From Rebecca billardiae RCC1528 (Eukaryota > Protista > Haptophyta), in assembly GCA_965240325.2 (NCBI GenBank), contig OZ251225.1, positions 62,001 to 126,000 of the forward strand: DNA of 64,000 bases, in the 5' to 3' direction. This document shows positions 12,573 through 25,391 of this stretch, one piece after another. Numbering within the stretch: position 1 is the stretch's first letter; each line of letters starts with the position of its first letter. The translations under genes and the position numbers were made by a program. Below the pieces are notes generated by a model. That model made no database searches and was not told the origin of the DNA. It saw only the letters and a program-made list of their open reading frames with translations.

Positions 12573-14264
12573 GTCAGCTGTATTGCCGTTTTGGAAAGTG
12601 TGGTCAGGTGTATTGCCAAACGCACGTTTTGACTACCGTGGTCAGTTGTATTGCCGTTTTCCATGTTTGGGAATCACGTGTCAATCTGGTTGCCAACGTC
12701 GAATACTTGTGTCAGGTGTACATACAGTATTGCCGTGGATGATGGCCCAATACTTGTCCAGCTGTATTGCCGTCGCGTAGTGTGGGTCAGTTGTGTTGCC
12801 GTTTGCGCATCTTTGATTCAGGTTTGTTGCCGCGATCGCCCACGCGCTGATGATGGCGCTGGCGCCCACGCGCCGCCGGCGTGCGCGGCGTGCCCTTGAG
12901 CAGGCCTAGCTGATCCCAGGCCAGAAGAGTGGCGTTCAACGATGACGATCTCTGCCGGGGTAGCGCCGTGTTCCTCCACATCATCAAGCCGAACGACGAG
13001 CTGAACCGTGGACCGGAATCTGCACAAACGCTGCTGCATGCGCGCGCAGTGCAACACGCGCGTGCACCTCGGGCTACTCGCCGTCTACGCGGAGACGGGC
13101 GAGAATCCGTCGCGACTTCTATCGAATCGGCGTTGCTCCGTGCTCACTTCGACTCCGGGACCGTCAAGCGCGCAGTCGATGACATTGCGACGGCAGCGCA
13201 TGCAGGTGCATGCGTGAAGCAGGGTGAGCGTGTGTTGCTGTGCCCCGATTCGCGGGAGTCGAACGTGCACGACGGGCGTGTGCTCTTCAACGGCCTCAAG
13301 GAGCTTGACCAACGCGACGCGCGTCCCCCTCACTGCCTGCCATCGACTGTCATTCACACCGTGGCGATCAACCAACGCGCGTCGCTCTCGCTCGTGCAAC
13401 ACTGCTGGCGCGTGCCTTTTTGCGATTGTCATCACTCCAACAGCAGACTGCCCTGTGGCCAACCGTGTGCAGGTGGCTGACCGTGCGCCAGTCGCACTCG
13501 TCAACGCAGGCTGATTGGCCCGTGGAGGAGGAAGTCCAAGGCGTACTGCCAGCTGGGACACAACGCACCGACCGGCGGGCGGTGCGCCGCGCGCGCCTCG
13601 ACGAGCCAGCAAGCAGGAGGGGCAGGCGACGCTTCCTGCTGCTGCTGGAACCCGAGTGGCAGGCTTGGCGAGCGCGGTCGCAGCTTGAGGCGGCGCGTGC
13701 AGCGGCATGGGACGCGATGCGGCTCACGTGGCCGCTGAAGTAGCAGCAGTCCCGATAGCGCTGGCGGCCGGCCGCCGGCGGGCGGCAAGCGCGACGGCGA
13801 CGGGAAGCGCCGACTGCCACTGGAAGTCAAGATGAGCTACGCAGGCCGCATGATGATGGCATGTCGGTTGGTTGCAGTCGCGTATCCTGCATGCCGCGCG
13901 CAGGCAGTCGCAGCTCTGCACGCACGCGCACACGGGCTGCGCGAGTCTCTTGTCTGAGTGCGAGTCGTGCCCCAGCCACCAGCTGCTGGCGGCAATACAA
14001 CTGACACATAGTTATGGAAAGGGCAATATTTCTGAGCAGACTATGTTCAAGCTCGAAAACGGCAATATTCGTGAACCAAGTAGTGTGAAAGGGTCATTGG
14101 TTTGAAACCAGTATTTGAGGGGCAATATTGTTGACACACTATCCAAAAGCGGCAATATTCTTGACCCATACTACTGAAAACGGCAATACAACTGACCACG
14201 GTAGTCATAACGTGCTTTTGGCAATACAACTGACCACACTATCCAAAGCGGCAATACAACTGAC
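12573..14264. mobile_element. Non-autonomous DNA transposon / foldback-like element with 89-bp imperfect TIRs and subterminal repeats
   Basis: 12573-12661 is an inverted match to 14176-14264. The motif GTCAGTTGTATTGCC occurs 3x in each TIR, with further degenerate copies pointing inward on both sides. No TSD or transposase recognised. Confidence 0.75.
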
Positions 14265-14894
14265 GTCGGCTCATATATATATATATATATGCGCGTCGTA
14301 ATAGGATATCGGTATATAGCTAGCTAGCATTATTATATATTATTATTTGCTACTCAGCTGCTAGTCCGAATGCACCCCGAGCAGCCGGCTGACTACCACT
14401 ACCAGCAGCTTCAGCTCCGGGGCGGTAGTCGCCAAGTCGGGTAGACCCCGGAGCCGCCGCCGGCCCGCGGCGGGGCCGGCGTGCAGTGCACTCTGTGCAG
14501 CTAGCCTCAAGTCTGTACTGCATGTAACTAGACGTACTTGTAAGTTGTAGGCTGTAGGCCTGTAGCTAGCTAGTATCGCCGAGCCCCGGTCGCGCCGGCC
14601 GAGCGGTTTATTTCAGCGTCGTGACGCCGTCCGGTGTCACGCCGTCGGTTGAATCTCGTCCGATCGGCCGACCCGGTGCCCGCCATGGCTCCGAGCTCCG
14701 CAGCTGCAGGAGCTCGTCTGGAGTTCGACTGCGGCGCGTGCTGGCATCCGGCGATGTCGGATGTGCCGCGCCGAATGTATGCGGCGCGCGGCCTGGCACG
14801 CGCATAAGGCGCGTGTCGACCCCGGGCTGGCTTCTCGCGTGTGCATCGCGCCCCGCAGCGCCACGTTGCTCTGCTTCGCCCGGCGCGCCGGCCG

Positions 14895-17508
14895 TCAGTG
14901 GCGCTGCTCCTGGCTGAGGCGCGCCAGCTGCCAGTTCTCCGCCTCGAGCGCGTCGCACAGCCAGCGCAACTCCTGCGCGCTCAGCCGCACCGCGCCGAGC
15001 GCGGCAGCCGGCGTGCCGGCGCCGGCGCTGGCGCTCGCAAAGAGCCGCGCATTCGCATCGGCGAGGGCCGCGAGCCGGCCGCGCAGCTGCGCGTCCGCGC
15101 CCGCGCTCGCGCCCGTGCCCTCGGACGCGCCGCGCACCTGCTGCTTCGGACGGCGCCGCGCGCGCGGGGGGAGAGGGGCCGCGGGCGGCGTGAGCGCGGC
15201 GCGGGCGCGGGCGGCTCGTCGGCGGCGCGGCGCGCGGCGCGCACCTCCTCGGGCCGCGCGCCGTGCGGCGCGCTCGGCGTCGGCGTGTGCATCGCCGCGA
15301 GCGCGGCGCCCGGCCGCGCGCCCGCGCCCGCGGCGGCGTGAGCGCCCGGCAGCGTCGCGCTCGGCGGCGGCGGCGGCGGCGGCGGCGCGCCGCCGCCGGC
15401 CGGCACCCCGGGCGGCGCCTCCGTTGCGCCCTCGGCCGCGCCCGCGCCGCCGAGCGCGGTGGCCGCGGAGCGCTTGCGCCGGCGCTGGCTCAGGATGGCC
15501 GCCGCCTCCGCCTCGGCGTCCGTCGTCTTGCGCCGGCGCTGGCTCAGGATGGCCGCCGCCTCCGCCTCCGCCTGCTGCGCGTCCGTCGGCGGCGGCGGGA
15601 GCGGCGGCGCGGCGGCCGCGCCCGTGGGCGCGACGCGTCCGCCGAGGCCGCCGCCGTGCGCCGCCCCCGCGCCGGCGGGCGCGACGCCCGGCTCGTCGGC
15701 GGCGGCTGGCGGCGGCGGCGGGCGCGCCGCGCCGTGCGGCGAAGGCATCGCCGACGCCGACGCGCCGGCGGGCGGCGCGGGCGGCGGCGCGCCCGCGTGC
15801 GAGGCTGAGGGCGCCGAGGGGCCAGCGGGCGCGTGCGGCTGCTGCGCGCGGCCAGAGCCGCAGCCAGAGCCCACCTCGTCCGCGGGGGGCGGCGCGGCGA
15901 AGGCCGCGAGGGGCGCGCTCGGCGGCGCGGCCGCGGCGGGCGGCGGCGGCTTGGGCGGACGTAGCGCGGGCGGCGGCGGCGGCGACTGCTGCGCGGGCGC
16001 CTCCCCGCACGCGCGTGGCGGCGGCGGCAGCCGCTCGGCCGCAGGCGGCAGCTCGGCGACGCCGTCGCTGTCGGCCGGCGGCGCCGAGCCGGCCGCGCCG
16101 CGCCGCGCATCCGAGCCGTGCTCGGGCGAGCGGCCGCGCGGCCCGCCCGGGGAGGGCGCGGCGCTTGCGCTGTCGTCGGAGGCGCCCTCGCCGGCGGAGT
16201 CCTCGCCGCGCGCCTCGCTGCTGCGGCCGCACCCATCGCCGCCATCGTGCGCGCCGGCTGGGAGCGCGCCGCCGCCGCACCCGTCGCCCGCGTCGGCGTG
16301 CGCTGCGCCACCAGCGTGCGCGCCGGCTGCCGTGCCGGCCGTGGCGGGCGTGTCAGCCGTGCCGGCATCCGCCGGCTCCGTCGGCTCGAGGGCGGCAGCC
16401 GGCCGCTCGCCGCCCGGCCCGTCCTCTGCCCACTGCTCGGGGCCGCCTCCCTCCGCCTCCTCCGCCTCCTCCGCCTCCTCGGCCTCCTCGGCGTCGGAGG
16501 CGTCCTCGGCGTCGGAGTCAGAGTCGAGGTCCGCGACCGCGCTGGTGAGCTCAAACACGACGGCGGGCTCTGCCGCGCGCGGGGGGGCGTGCCCGCCCTC
16601 CTCCGCGGGCGCGTCCAGGTCCTCGATCTCGTCCTCCTCCGGCTGCACCAACGGCGCGTGCTGCGCAGAGGGCGGGTGCGCGAGCTGGCGCTCGACCAGC
16701 AGCTGCTGCTGCTGCAGCGCGGCCGCAGCGGCCGCGCTCGCCGCCGCCGCCTCCGCCAGCTCGGCCGGCTCGACCCAGTGCGCGGCGGCCAGCCCGGCGC
16801 CAGCGCTCGCGCACGACGGCTGCGGCGGCGGCGGCGGCTGCGCCGCGGCGGCGCCGGGCGGCGGGTGCGCGCCGTGCAGCCCTCCGCCCCCTCCGCCCCC
16901 GGTTCCCCCGTAGCGCAGCACGCCCGCCTGCACGGCGTACGGGCCGAGCGCCACGCCCTGCGCGAGCGGGCCGCCCGCGCACAGCGGCGCCCACGCGCCC
17001 GCGTGCCCGCCGCCGCACGCCCAGAGCGCGCCGCACGCGAGCGCGCCGTACGCGCCGCCGTACGCCGCGTCGAACTGCGCGTTCCACGCGGCCGCGGCCG
17101 CGCCGCCGCCGACCGGCCGCATGAGCGCGGACACAGACGCGCCGCCGCCCGCGCCCGGCGGCGGCCTCGGCCTCGGCGGCGGCGGCGGCGGCGCGTGCGC
17201 GCGCTCGACCGTGCGCACCAGCCTGTCCACGCAGCCGCGCACCGCCGCCGCCTCGAACGCCGCCCTGCGCGCCGCCGCCTCCCTCTGCGCCTCCTGCCGC
17301 TCGAGCGCGCGCACCACCCACCCCAGCGCCGCGCTCACCTCGCGCGCCTCGCGCGCGCGCGCGCGCTCCGCCGCGTGCCGCGCGCGCGCCGCGCGCTCGG
17401 CCTCGCGCGCCACCACCTTGGAGAAGGCAGAGCAGCGCAGCAGGCCGCCGCGCAGCCGCCCCGCGCCGTCCGCCGCGCCGCGCGCGGCCGGCTCGGCCGC
17501 GGGCGCGG

Positions 17509-17540
<32 letters not shown>

Positions 17541-19302
17541 TCGGCGCGCGCGCGCTGGCAGATGGCGAGGTGCACGCGCACGCGGCCGGCGGGGCCGCCG
17601 GGCGCGAGCATGAGCCGCGTGCGCGGCACGCCGGGCGCGCACTCCTCCGCGCCCGGCGGCGGCGCGAGCGACTCCGCGTCGAGCGGCGGCGCGCCCGCGG
17701 CGGCGAGCAGCCGCGCGGTCACCGCCTCGGCCTCGGAGCGCGCGAGCGGCGTGAGGTGCCGCATGCGCGCGTGCAGGTAGCGGTCCGTGCCCTTGTCGTA
17801 CTCGAAGAGGACCGGCGCGCCCTCGGGCGGCGCGGCGCCGCCCGCGTGCGCCGCGTGCAGCGGGTGCGCGCCGTGCCCGTCGTGCCCGTCCAGCAGCGCG
17901 CGGCTGCGGCTGCCGTCCGCGTACGTGAGCACGCCCTCGGCCACGCTCAGCACGCCCGCAAACCAGCCGCGCGGAGCGCCGCCGAGCAGGTCGGCGGCGG
18001 CGGCGGCGGCGTCGGCGGCGGCGGCGGGCTCGGCGGTGCGCTCGTCCTCCCGCGTCCACAGCACCTCGAGGCGGTAGTGCTCGGCCGCGCGCACGCGCAC
18101 GCTCGCGCCGCGCTCGACGGCCGCGCCCGCCGAGTGGCGCGAGCGGCCGCCAAACGCGCCGCCCAGCGGCGCCGCGTCCGCGCCCGCGTCGGCGCGGTAC
18201 GCGGCGAGCGGCGGCTCGCCGCGCGCGCCGGCCTCGACCGCGCGGCACAGCGCGCCCACCACGCCCTTGATGTCCGGGTGGTGCCCCGAGCCGCCGCCCT
18301 CGCGCTCGACCGCGTACGCGGACAGCGGCTCGAGCACGCTCGGCTGGAGCGCGCGCACGCCCTCGGGGTCGTCCGCGCGCCCGGCGCACGCGTCGACGTG
18401 CTTGGCCGCGTCGGGCAGCGAGCGCGCGACGCGGCGGTAGCAGCGGTAGCACGAGGCGTACCGGTCGCACCGCACGCCCGGGCAGCCGAGCGCGCTCACC
18501 TCCGCGTCCGGCTGCGTGGCGATGCAGAAGGCGTGGAACCTGCGCGCACACAGCGCCTCCAGCTTGGCCTGGAACGCCTGCACGGAGCGCACAAACGAGG
18601 CGGGGAGGCGCACGCCGCGCACGTCCTCGAACTGGCCCGCGCGCAGCTCGGCGAGCGCGCGCGCGCGGTCCTTCTGCCGCAGCTTCTCCCAGCCCGGCAC
18701 CTCGGTGAGGCACGGCGCCACCACCGTCGCCTCGAGCAGCACGCCGCCACCGCCGCCGCCCGCGCCGTCCGCGCCGCCGCCGCCGCCGCCCTCGGCCGGT
18801 GGCTGCGCCGCGCCGAGCGCGGGCTGCGCGGGCGCGCACGCGCCGAGCGAGGTGTCCGCCGGATCGGCGGCGGCGGCGCGCGCGTCGCCGAGCCCGACGG
18901 GCGCGACCGTCGTGAGCAGCGTCATCGGGCCGTCCAGCACGGTCACGCTGCCGACGCCCGCACCGCCGCCCGCCTCGTCCGCCGCGCCGCCCGCGCCCTC
19001 GGAGGCGCGCCGCCGCTTCGGCGCGGGCGCGGCGGGCGGGCGCTCGGGGGCGCCGGCGACGACGGCGTCGTACCGACGCGTGCCCAGCGCGACGATCACG
19101 TTGGGCAAGTCGGTGGGCGGCGCGCCGTGCGCAGGGCTCGGCGCGGCAGCGCCCGCGCCGCGGCCGCGGCCGCGCGCGCCGCCGCGGCCACGGCCACGGC
19201 CGCGGCCGCGGCCGCTGCTGGTGTGCTCTGGAGATGGCTCGAGCGGCACGCCCGTCACCACCGCCGCGACGGCGGCTGGAGGCGAAGCCAAGCGGCCGCG
19301 GC

Positions 19303-19334
<32 letters not shown>

Positions 19335-19642
19335 CGGCCGCGGCCACGGCCGCCACGCGCGCCGTGCTCGGCGGACGGCGCAGACGGGTCGTAGGCGAGG
19401 ACGGAGACCCGCTTGCGCTTGCCCAGCGCGCCGTCGTCGGGCGCGGGCTCCGTCTCCGGCGTGCCCGCGCTCGGCTCGCCGGCGGTCGACGGCGTCTGCT
19501 TGGTGGCCGTCTGCGCGCACGCCGCGTCGTCGTCCCCACCGGGCTGCGCGTGCAGCGCGGCGCGGAAGGGCGTGCCGTCGGTGCCGTCGATCGCCATGCC
19601 ACGCGGCGCCGTCGCGCCCTCCTCGTCGCTCAGCGCGTGCAT
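14895..19642 (-). CDS. Large low-complexity hypothetical protein (RG repeats, Cys/His cluster, C-terminal coiled coil)
   Basis: ORF of about 1500 aa. A predicted intron 15244-15141 (GAG|GTGCGC...CAG) leads to a last exon ending ARLSQEQRH*. Confidence 0.6.
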
Positions 19643-19969
19643 GCCGCTCCCTTCGCGCGTCTCGAGCGTGCGCGCCCCGCGGCGGCAGTGGTGTTTGACT
19701 GCGGCAGCAGCTGGATGACCAGTACCCCGGTCGCATCTAGAGATCGCGCGGCTTTGATCAGCCTTTCAAGTCAGGCGGAAGGAAGGCCGTTCGTCATCAA
19801 GGCAGTACCGCGCACTGGTCAGCATCATCAAGCCGGACCACCGGATGATGCGGTTGCACCACGAGATTGGATTGGATTTGATTTTGGTTGACGAGACAAC
19901 GGTCATCCGTGGCTTCCCCCAACTCCCCAAGCCGTCCGCCGCGACAGCAGGCCGCGCGAGTCGGCGCGA

Positions 19970-21379
19970 TCACGAGGCGCTGCGCGCGCGCGCGAGCGCC
20001 TCGACGGCGCGCTCGAGCGCCTCGCGGTCGGCTTGCGCGAGCTCGGCCTCGACGGCCTCGGCCAGGTCGGCGTGCACGCCCTCGAGTGGCACGTCCTCGC
20101 CGTCCTCGCGCGGCAGCGCGAGCCGGCCGGCCGCGTCGCTCACGACGGCCTTGCGCGCCGCCTCGCCGTGCGCAGACGAGCTGACGAGCCGCGCGCGCAC
20201 GCCCGCGGCCGCCGCGCTCTGCGCGTCGGTGGGCTGGTCGCCGACGAGCACGGCGTGCTCCGGCTCGCACCCCAGCGCCGCCAGCGCCGCGCGCGGCAGG
20301 TCCGCCGCGGGCTTGGGCGCGTGCGCCTCGGCGGGCGCGCCGGTGGCGACGAGCAGCGCGTCGAGGCTCGCCCTGCGGTCCTGCTGCGCGAGCAGCGCGC
20401 GCAGCCGCGCGTGCGTGGCGTCGAGCTCGGCGGGGGTGGTGAGCCCGGCGCCGACGGCCTTCTGGTTGGTGACCACCGCCACCGGGTGCCCCCGCGCCTT
20501 GAGCGCGCCCACCGCCTCCGCCGCGCGCGGCAGCAGCCGCAGCTGCCCTGCGCGCAGCACGCCCGGGGGCCCCACGTCCGCGTTCAGCACGCCGTCTCGG
20601 TCCAGCAGCCACGCGCGCAGCGCGGGGGGCGGGCGGGGCGGGGGGAGGAGGAGGGCGCAGAGCTCGGCGGGCGAGGCGGCGATCGCGTCGAAGTGCCCGC
20701 TCGACGCGAGCACCGCCGCCGCGTGGCTGCCCCACGCCACGCCCACCGAGCCCATCCCGGCCGCGCGCGCGGCCGCGCCGTCCGAGGGCGAGTCGCCCAC
20801 GTACACGCACGCGCGCGGGGGCACGCCAAGCTCGGAGGCGCAGAGCAGGAGGCCGCCGGGGCGCGGCTTGGGCTCGGGCGCGTCGTCGGCGCCGTGCACC
20901 GAGCCGAACGCCTCGCGCACGCCGTGCGCGCGCAGCACCGCCTCGGCGTACGCGACGCAGGCGTTGGTGAGCGCGCCGAGCGGCGCGCCCGCCGCGGCCA
21001 CGCGCGCGAGCAGCGGGCCCATCCCGTCGAAGAGCGCGGCGGTGCGCGTCGAGACGAGCGAGATGTACAGCTCGTCGAAGCGCGCGCCGAGCTCCGCGCC
21101 CACCCGCTCGAACTCCGCGTCGCCCGGCGCCAGCCCGCAGTGGCGCGCGAGCCGGGCGGGCGTGGGGTAGCGCGTACAGGCGTGGTAAGTGGCCGCTGAC
21201 ACCGGGGGCGCGCCCGCCTCGGCGAGCACGCGCTGCGTCGCGCCGAACGCGAGGTCGAACGAGTCGCACAGCGTGCCGTCGATGTCGAAGATCACGCCCA
21301 CGCGCGCGCGCGCCGCGCTCATCGGCGCGCGCGCCACCGCCGAGCTGAGGAGCGCCGCGACGAGTGCCGCGGCGTGCAT
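19970..21379 (-). CDS. Tandem HAD phosphatase: PGP-like HAD-IA fused to GmhB/HisB-like HAD-IIIA, with N-terminal signal peptide
   Basis: First domain has FDIDGT...PKP...VGDSPSD; second has LDRDGVLN...VTNQ...PKP...VGDQPTD. Leader is MHAAALVAALLSSAVARA. Confidence 0.85.
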   Translation of the reverse strand: MHAAALVAALLSSAVARAPMSAARARVGVIFDIDGTLCDSFDLAFGATQRVLAEAGAPPVSAATYHACTRYPTPARLARHCGLAPGDAEFERVGAELGARFDELYISLVSTRTAALFDGMGPLLARVAAAGAPLGALTNACVAYAEAVLRAHGVREAFGSVHGADDAPEPKPRPGGLLLCASELGVPPRACVYVGDSPSDGAAARAAGMGSVGVAWGSHAAAVLASSGHFDAIAASPAELCALLLPPPRPPPALRAWLLDRDGVLNADVGPPGVLRAGQLRLLPRAAEAVGALKARGHPVAVVTNQKAVGAGLTTPAELDATHARLRALLAQQDRRASLDALLVATGAPAEAHAPKPAADLPRAALAALGCEPEHAVLVGDQPTDAQSAAAAGVRARLVSSSAHGEAARKAVVSDAAGRLALPREDGEDVPLEGVHADLAEAVEAELAQADREALERAVEALARARSAS

Positions 21380-21564
21380 CCCACGCACGCCGGCCGAGGC
21401 GCCACACGCGGCCAAAGACTCTTACAGACTGATGCACCTACCCCCATACGGATTATTCGCGCGCCGAGATGCCGCCGATGGCTTGCTGGCGACTTGCGCG
21501 CGGTACAGGCCTGTGGAGGGCGCGCGTGCGAAAAGCAGTGGCAGCAAGCCCCGCGGCCAGCCCG

Positions 21565-23798
21565 ATGGGCGCCGGCTGCAGCGCGCCGCCGCGCGACGCG
21601 GGCGCGCCGGGCAGCCCAGCGCCCGGCTCGCCGCCGCCGCCGACGTGGCGGCTGACCAGCCGCGCGCCCGACGCCGCGCGCCTGCTCCCCGCCACGCCGC
21701 GCTCGGACACGGCCGCCGTCGCGCACTCGGCCGCGGCCAAGCGCCCGCCCTCGGCGCAGACGCCGCCGCCGCGCGCGCGCGCGGCGGACGACGGGCCGCC
21801 GCCCGCGCCGCGCCCGCCCGTCCCCACGATCCTCGTGCAGCAGCCCACCCTCGGCGACATGTCCGTCGACGGCGAGCGCCGCCGCTCCAGCGTGGGCGGC
21901 GGCGGCGCGCTGCTGGGCGCGCACCGCCGGCTGAGCGAGCCGCGCGGCTGCTCCGAGCGCGGCGCGGCCGGCGCGGTGGGCCTCGCGCTGCTCTCGTGGC
22001 TCGACCCGCTGCTCTCGCTGCTCGCCGCGCTCGCGCTGCTGCGCGCGCGCGCGTGGGCGGGCGCGCTGTGCGTGTGCGCGCTGCTGTGCGCGCACGGCGC
22101 GGCGGCGAGCGTCGCGCTGCTCCGCACGCTCGCGCCACACGCGCCGGCCGGCGGCGGCGCGCACGGGGCGGCGGGGCTGCGCCGCGCGGCGCGGCTCGGC
22201 CCGGCCGGCGCGGCGTTCGTCCACGCGCTCGCCACCGCGCGCGCGCTCGCCGCGCCGGGCGCCGCCGCGCGGCACGCGCGCGCGGCCGCGGGCCGTCGCT
22301 CGCGCGCCTCGTCCGCGGACGCGGCCGCGGACGCGGCCGCGGAGGCGGCCGCGCGGCCGGGCGCGCACGAGCGCGCGGAGCACGAGCGGCTGCTCTTCGA
22401 GTACGCGCGCGCGCGCGGCGCGCTCGCCGCGCGCTGGCACGCCGCGCCCAACGCGCTGCTCTGCGCCGCGCTCTGCGCGCTGCCGCGCCCGCCCCTCGGC
22501 GCGCGCGCGCTGGGCGTGCGCGCGCTGCTGCCGCTCGGCTGCGCGGCGGCCGCCTCGCTCGGCTCCGCGGCCGCGCTGCTGCTGCTGCCGTGGGCGAGGG
22601 GCGCGGCGGCGGCGGCGCGCGCGCGCGCGCGCGAGCCGCGCGCCGCCGCCGCCGGTGGCGCCGCCGCCGCCGGCCCCGCCGCGCAGGCCGCCGCCGCCGC
22701 GCGCGCGCTCGGCGCGGCGGGCGCGGCGGGCGCGGCGCGCGCGCGCACGCTCGCGCGCGCCGCGCTCGGCGGCGCGGCGGCGCGCGCGGTCTCGCCCGAG
22801 ACGCTCGCGGCGCTCGCGGCGGGCGAGGCGGACGCGGTGCACCTGCGCGCGCTGCCGCCGCAAGGCTCGGCCCCGCTCGACGAGCTCTGCGCCGCGCTCG
22901 CCGCCAACCGCGCCGTCACCATCCTGAGCGTCGGAGGAGCCAGCGCGCCGAGCGCGCACCCGAGCGCGCCGAGCGCGCACCCGAGCGCGGGCGGCGCGGG
23001 CGCGGCGCGGCGCGGCGCGGCGTGCGCGGCGTGCGCGGCGGACGCGCCGCCGCTCGGCGTGAGCGAGGCGCGGCGCGGCTCGGGCTCGCCCGTCGCGCTC
23101 GTGCGCGCGCTCTCCGGGCTGGGCAGCGCGCGCCCGCCCCTGATCTGGGACGCGCGCGAGCAGGGCGGCGCGCTCGACGCGCGCGTGGCCGAGTGGCCGC
23201 GCGCGGAGGCCACGCGCGTGGCGCTGGCGCGCGCGTGCCTCGCGCTGCTGCACGGCAACGCGCACGTGCGCGCGCTGCGCCTCGCGCCCGCGCTGCACGT
23301 GCGCGAGCGCGCCCACGCGCGCGCGCTCTCCGCCGCGCTGTGCGAGCTGCTGCGCGGGCGCGGCAATCTCGAGGCGATCTCGCTGCTCGGTCTGGGGCTG
23401 GCCGAGACCGAGGCGGCGGCGGTGCTGCGCGCGGCGGCGGCGCCGGTGCTCGCGAGCCCGGGCGGCGCGCGCGGCGGCCGCGTGCGCTCGCTCTGCGCGC
23501 ACACGCCCGGCGCGCTCGCGCTGCGCCTGCGCATGCCGCCGCCCGCCCACGCGCCCGGCGCGCCGCCCGCCGCCGCGCGCGCGGCCGGCGCGCCCGCGCT
23601 CTTCTCTGCGGGCGCGGACGCGGCCGCCGACGCGGCCGCGGCGCGCGCCGCCGCGGCGGCCGCGGACGCGGACGAGGTGACGGCGCCGGCGGGCGGCCAC
23701 TTTGGGCGCGCCGAGCCCTCCGGCGGCGCGGACGTCGAGCGCGGCCGCGGCGCGCCCGCGCCCGCGCCCGCGCCCGCGCCGCCGCCGCCGCTGCTGCT

Positions 23799-23836
<38 letters not shown>

Positions 23837-25391
23837 ACGCGGCGGGGTGGGCGGACACGCGTGACGGGTTTGGTGCGCCGTTCGGCCACTGCTTCGCGCC
23901 GGACGCGTCGGGCGCCCTCGCGCGGCTGCGCCCGACCGACCTGCTCCCCGGCGCCCTCTCCGCCGCGGACGACGCGCCCCCCTCCGGCCGCGTGCGCCCC
24001 GGCGACGGCCTGCTGCTCGCGCACGAGCTGCACGAGAACGTGGCGCTGGAGGCGGTGGGGCTGGACGGGGGCGCGCTCGGCGAGGAGGGCGCGCTCGCGC
24101 TCGCCGCGGGCGTGCGCGCGCACGGCGCGCTGCGGGAGCTCGCGCTCTGCCGCCTCGGGCTGAGCGACGGCGCGGCCGCCGCCGTGCTGCACGCGGCGGC
24201 GCAGTGCCCGCGGCTGTGCGCGCTGCTGCTGCGCGCCAACGCCAAGCTCGGCCCAAAGGCGGCGGCGGCGGCGGCGGCGCTCGCGCGCGGCGCGCCCGCG
24301 CTCGCGCGGCTCGAGCTGAGCGGCTGCGCCCAGCTCGACGGCGCGGCGGTGAGCGCGTCGCTCGCGCCCGCGCTGCGCGACGCCGCCTCCCTGCGCGCGC
24401 TCTCCCTCGCCGGCTGCGCCCGCGTGGGCGACGCGGGCGCGGCCGCGCTCGCCGACGCGCTCCGCTCGCACGGCCAGGTGGCCGCGCTCGCGCTCAGCGG
24501 CTGCGCGCTCACCGACGTGGGCGCCGCCTCGCTCGCCCAGCTGCTCGACCACTGCCCGTCGCTGCGCACGCTCGACCTCGGCGAGAACGCCATCGGCGAG
24601 ACGGGCGCGCGCGCGCTCTCCGTGCCGCTCTCCGCCAGCCCGCCGCTGCGCGCGCTCGGCCTGAGCGGCAACGGCAGGCTGGGCGGCGCGGGCGCGGCCG
24701 CGCTGTGCTCCGCGCTCGAGCAGAACGGCTGCCTCACCACGCTCGCGCTCGACCGCTGCGGCCTCGACGCCGACGCCGCGGCCGCGCTCGGCGCGTGCGT
24801 CGCCGCCTCGCCCTGCCTCGCGGCGCTGTCGCTGTGCGCCAACGTGATCGGCGCGCGCGGCGCCGAGCTGCTCGCGCAGGGCGTGGGCGGCAGCGGCGCG
24901 CTGCACGAGCTGCGCGTGGACGGCGCCGGCCTCGGCCCGCGCGGCGGGCAGGCGCTCGCCGCCGCGCTCGGCGCCAACGCCAGCCTGCGCGCCGTGCGCG
25001 CGCGCGCCAACGCGCTCGGCGACGGCGCGGCGGCCGAGCTCTGCGCCGCCGCCGCCTCGCACGGCGCGCTGCTCGAGCTCGAGCTGGACGACAACAACAT
25101 CGGCGCGCACGCCGTGCCCGCGCTCATCGAGCTCGTCGAGCGCGCGGCGGAGCTGCAGCGCCTCTCGCTCACGTGCGCGCGCGCACCACCCGCGCGCGCC
25201 CACGCCCTGCGCGCGCGGGCGCGCGCGGCGCGCGGAAAGCGCGGCGCGCGGTCCGCGCGGCTGAGCGAGTTCGTGCGCGCCGGGCGCCCCGCGCCGCGCG
25301 CAGGGCCAACCGGCTGCCCGCCGCGTCGCGCAACGCCCTCGCCGTCGCGTGGGCGAGCGCGCGCCGCGAGCCCGCCGGGCTGCTGCTCTGA
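21565..25391 (+). CDS. RNI-like leucine-rich repeat protein (NLRC3-like LRRs) with N-terminal hydrophobic segments
   Basis: Repeated LxxLxLxxNxIGxxGAxxL motifs. Intron 25173-25303 leads to ANRLP...GLLL*. Start codon is uncertain. Confidence 0.75.

Noticed and set aside
12929-13743. Transposase inside the TIR element
   Set aside because: Only short broken frames; no DDE or other motif recognisable by eye.
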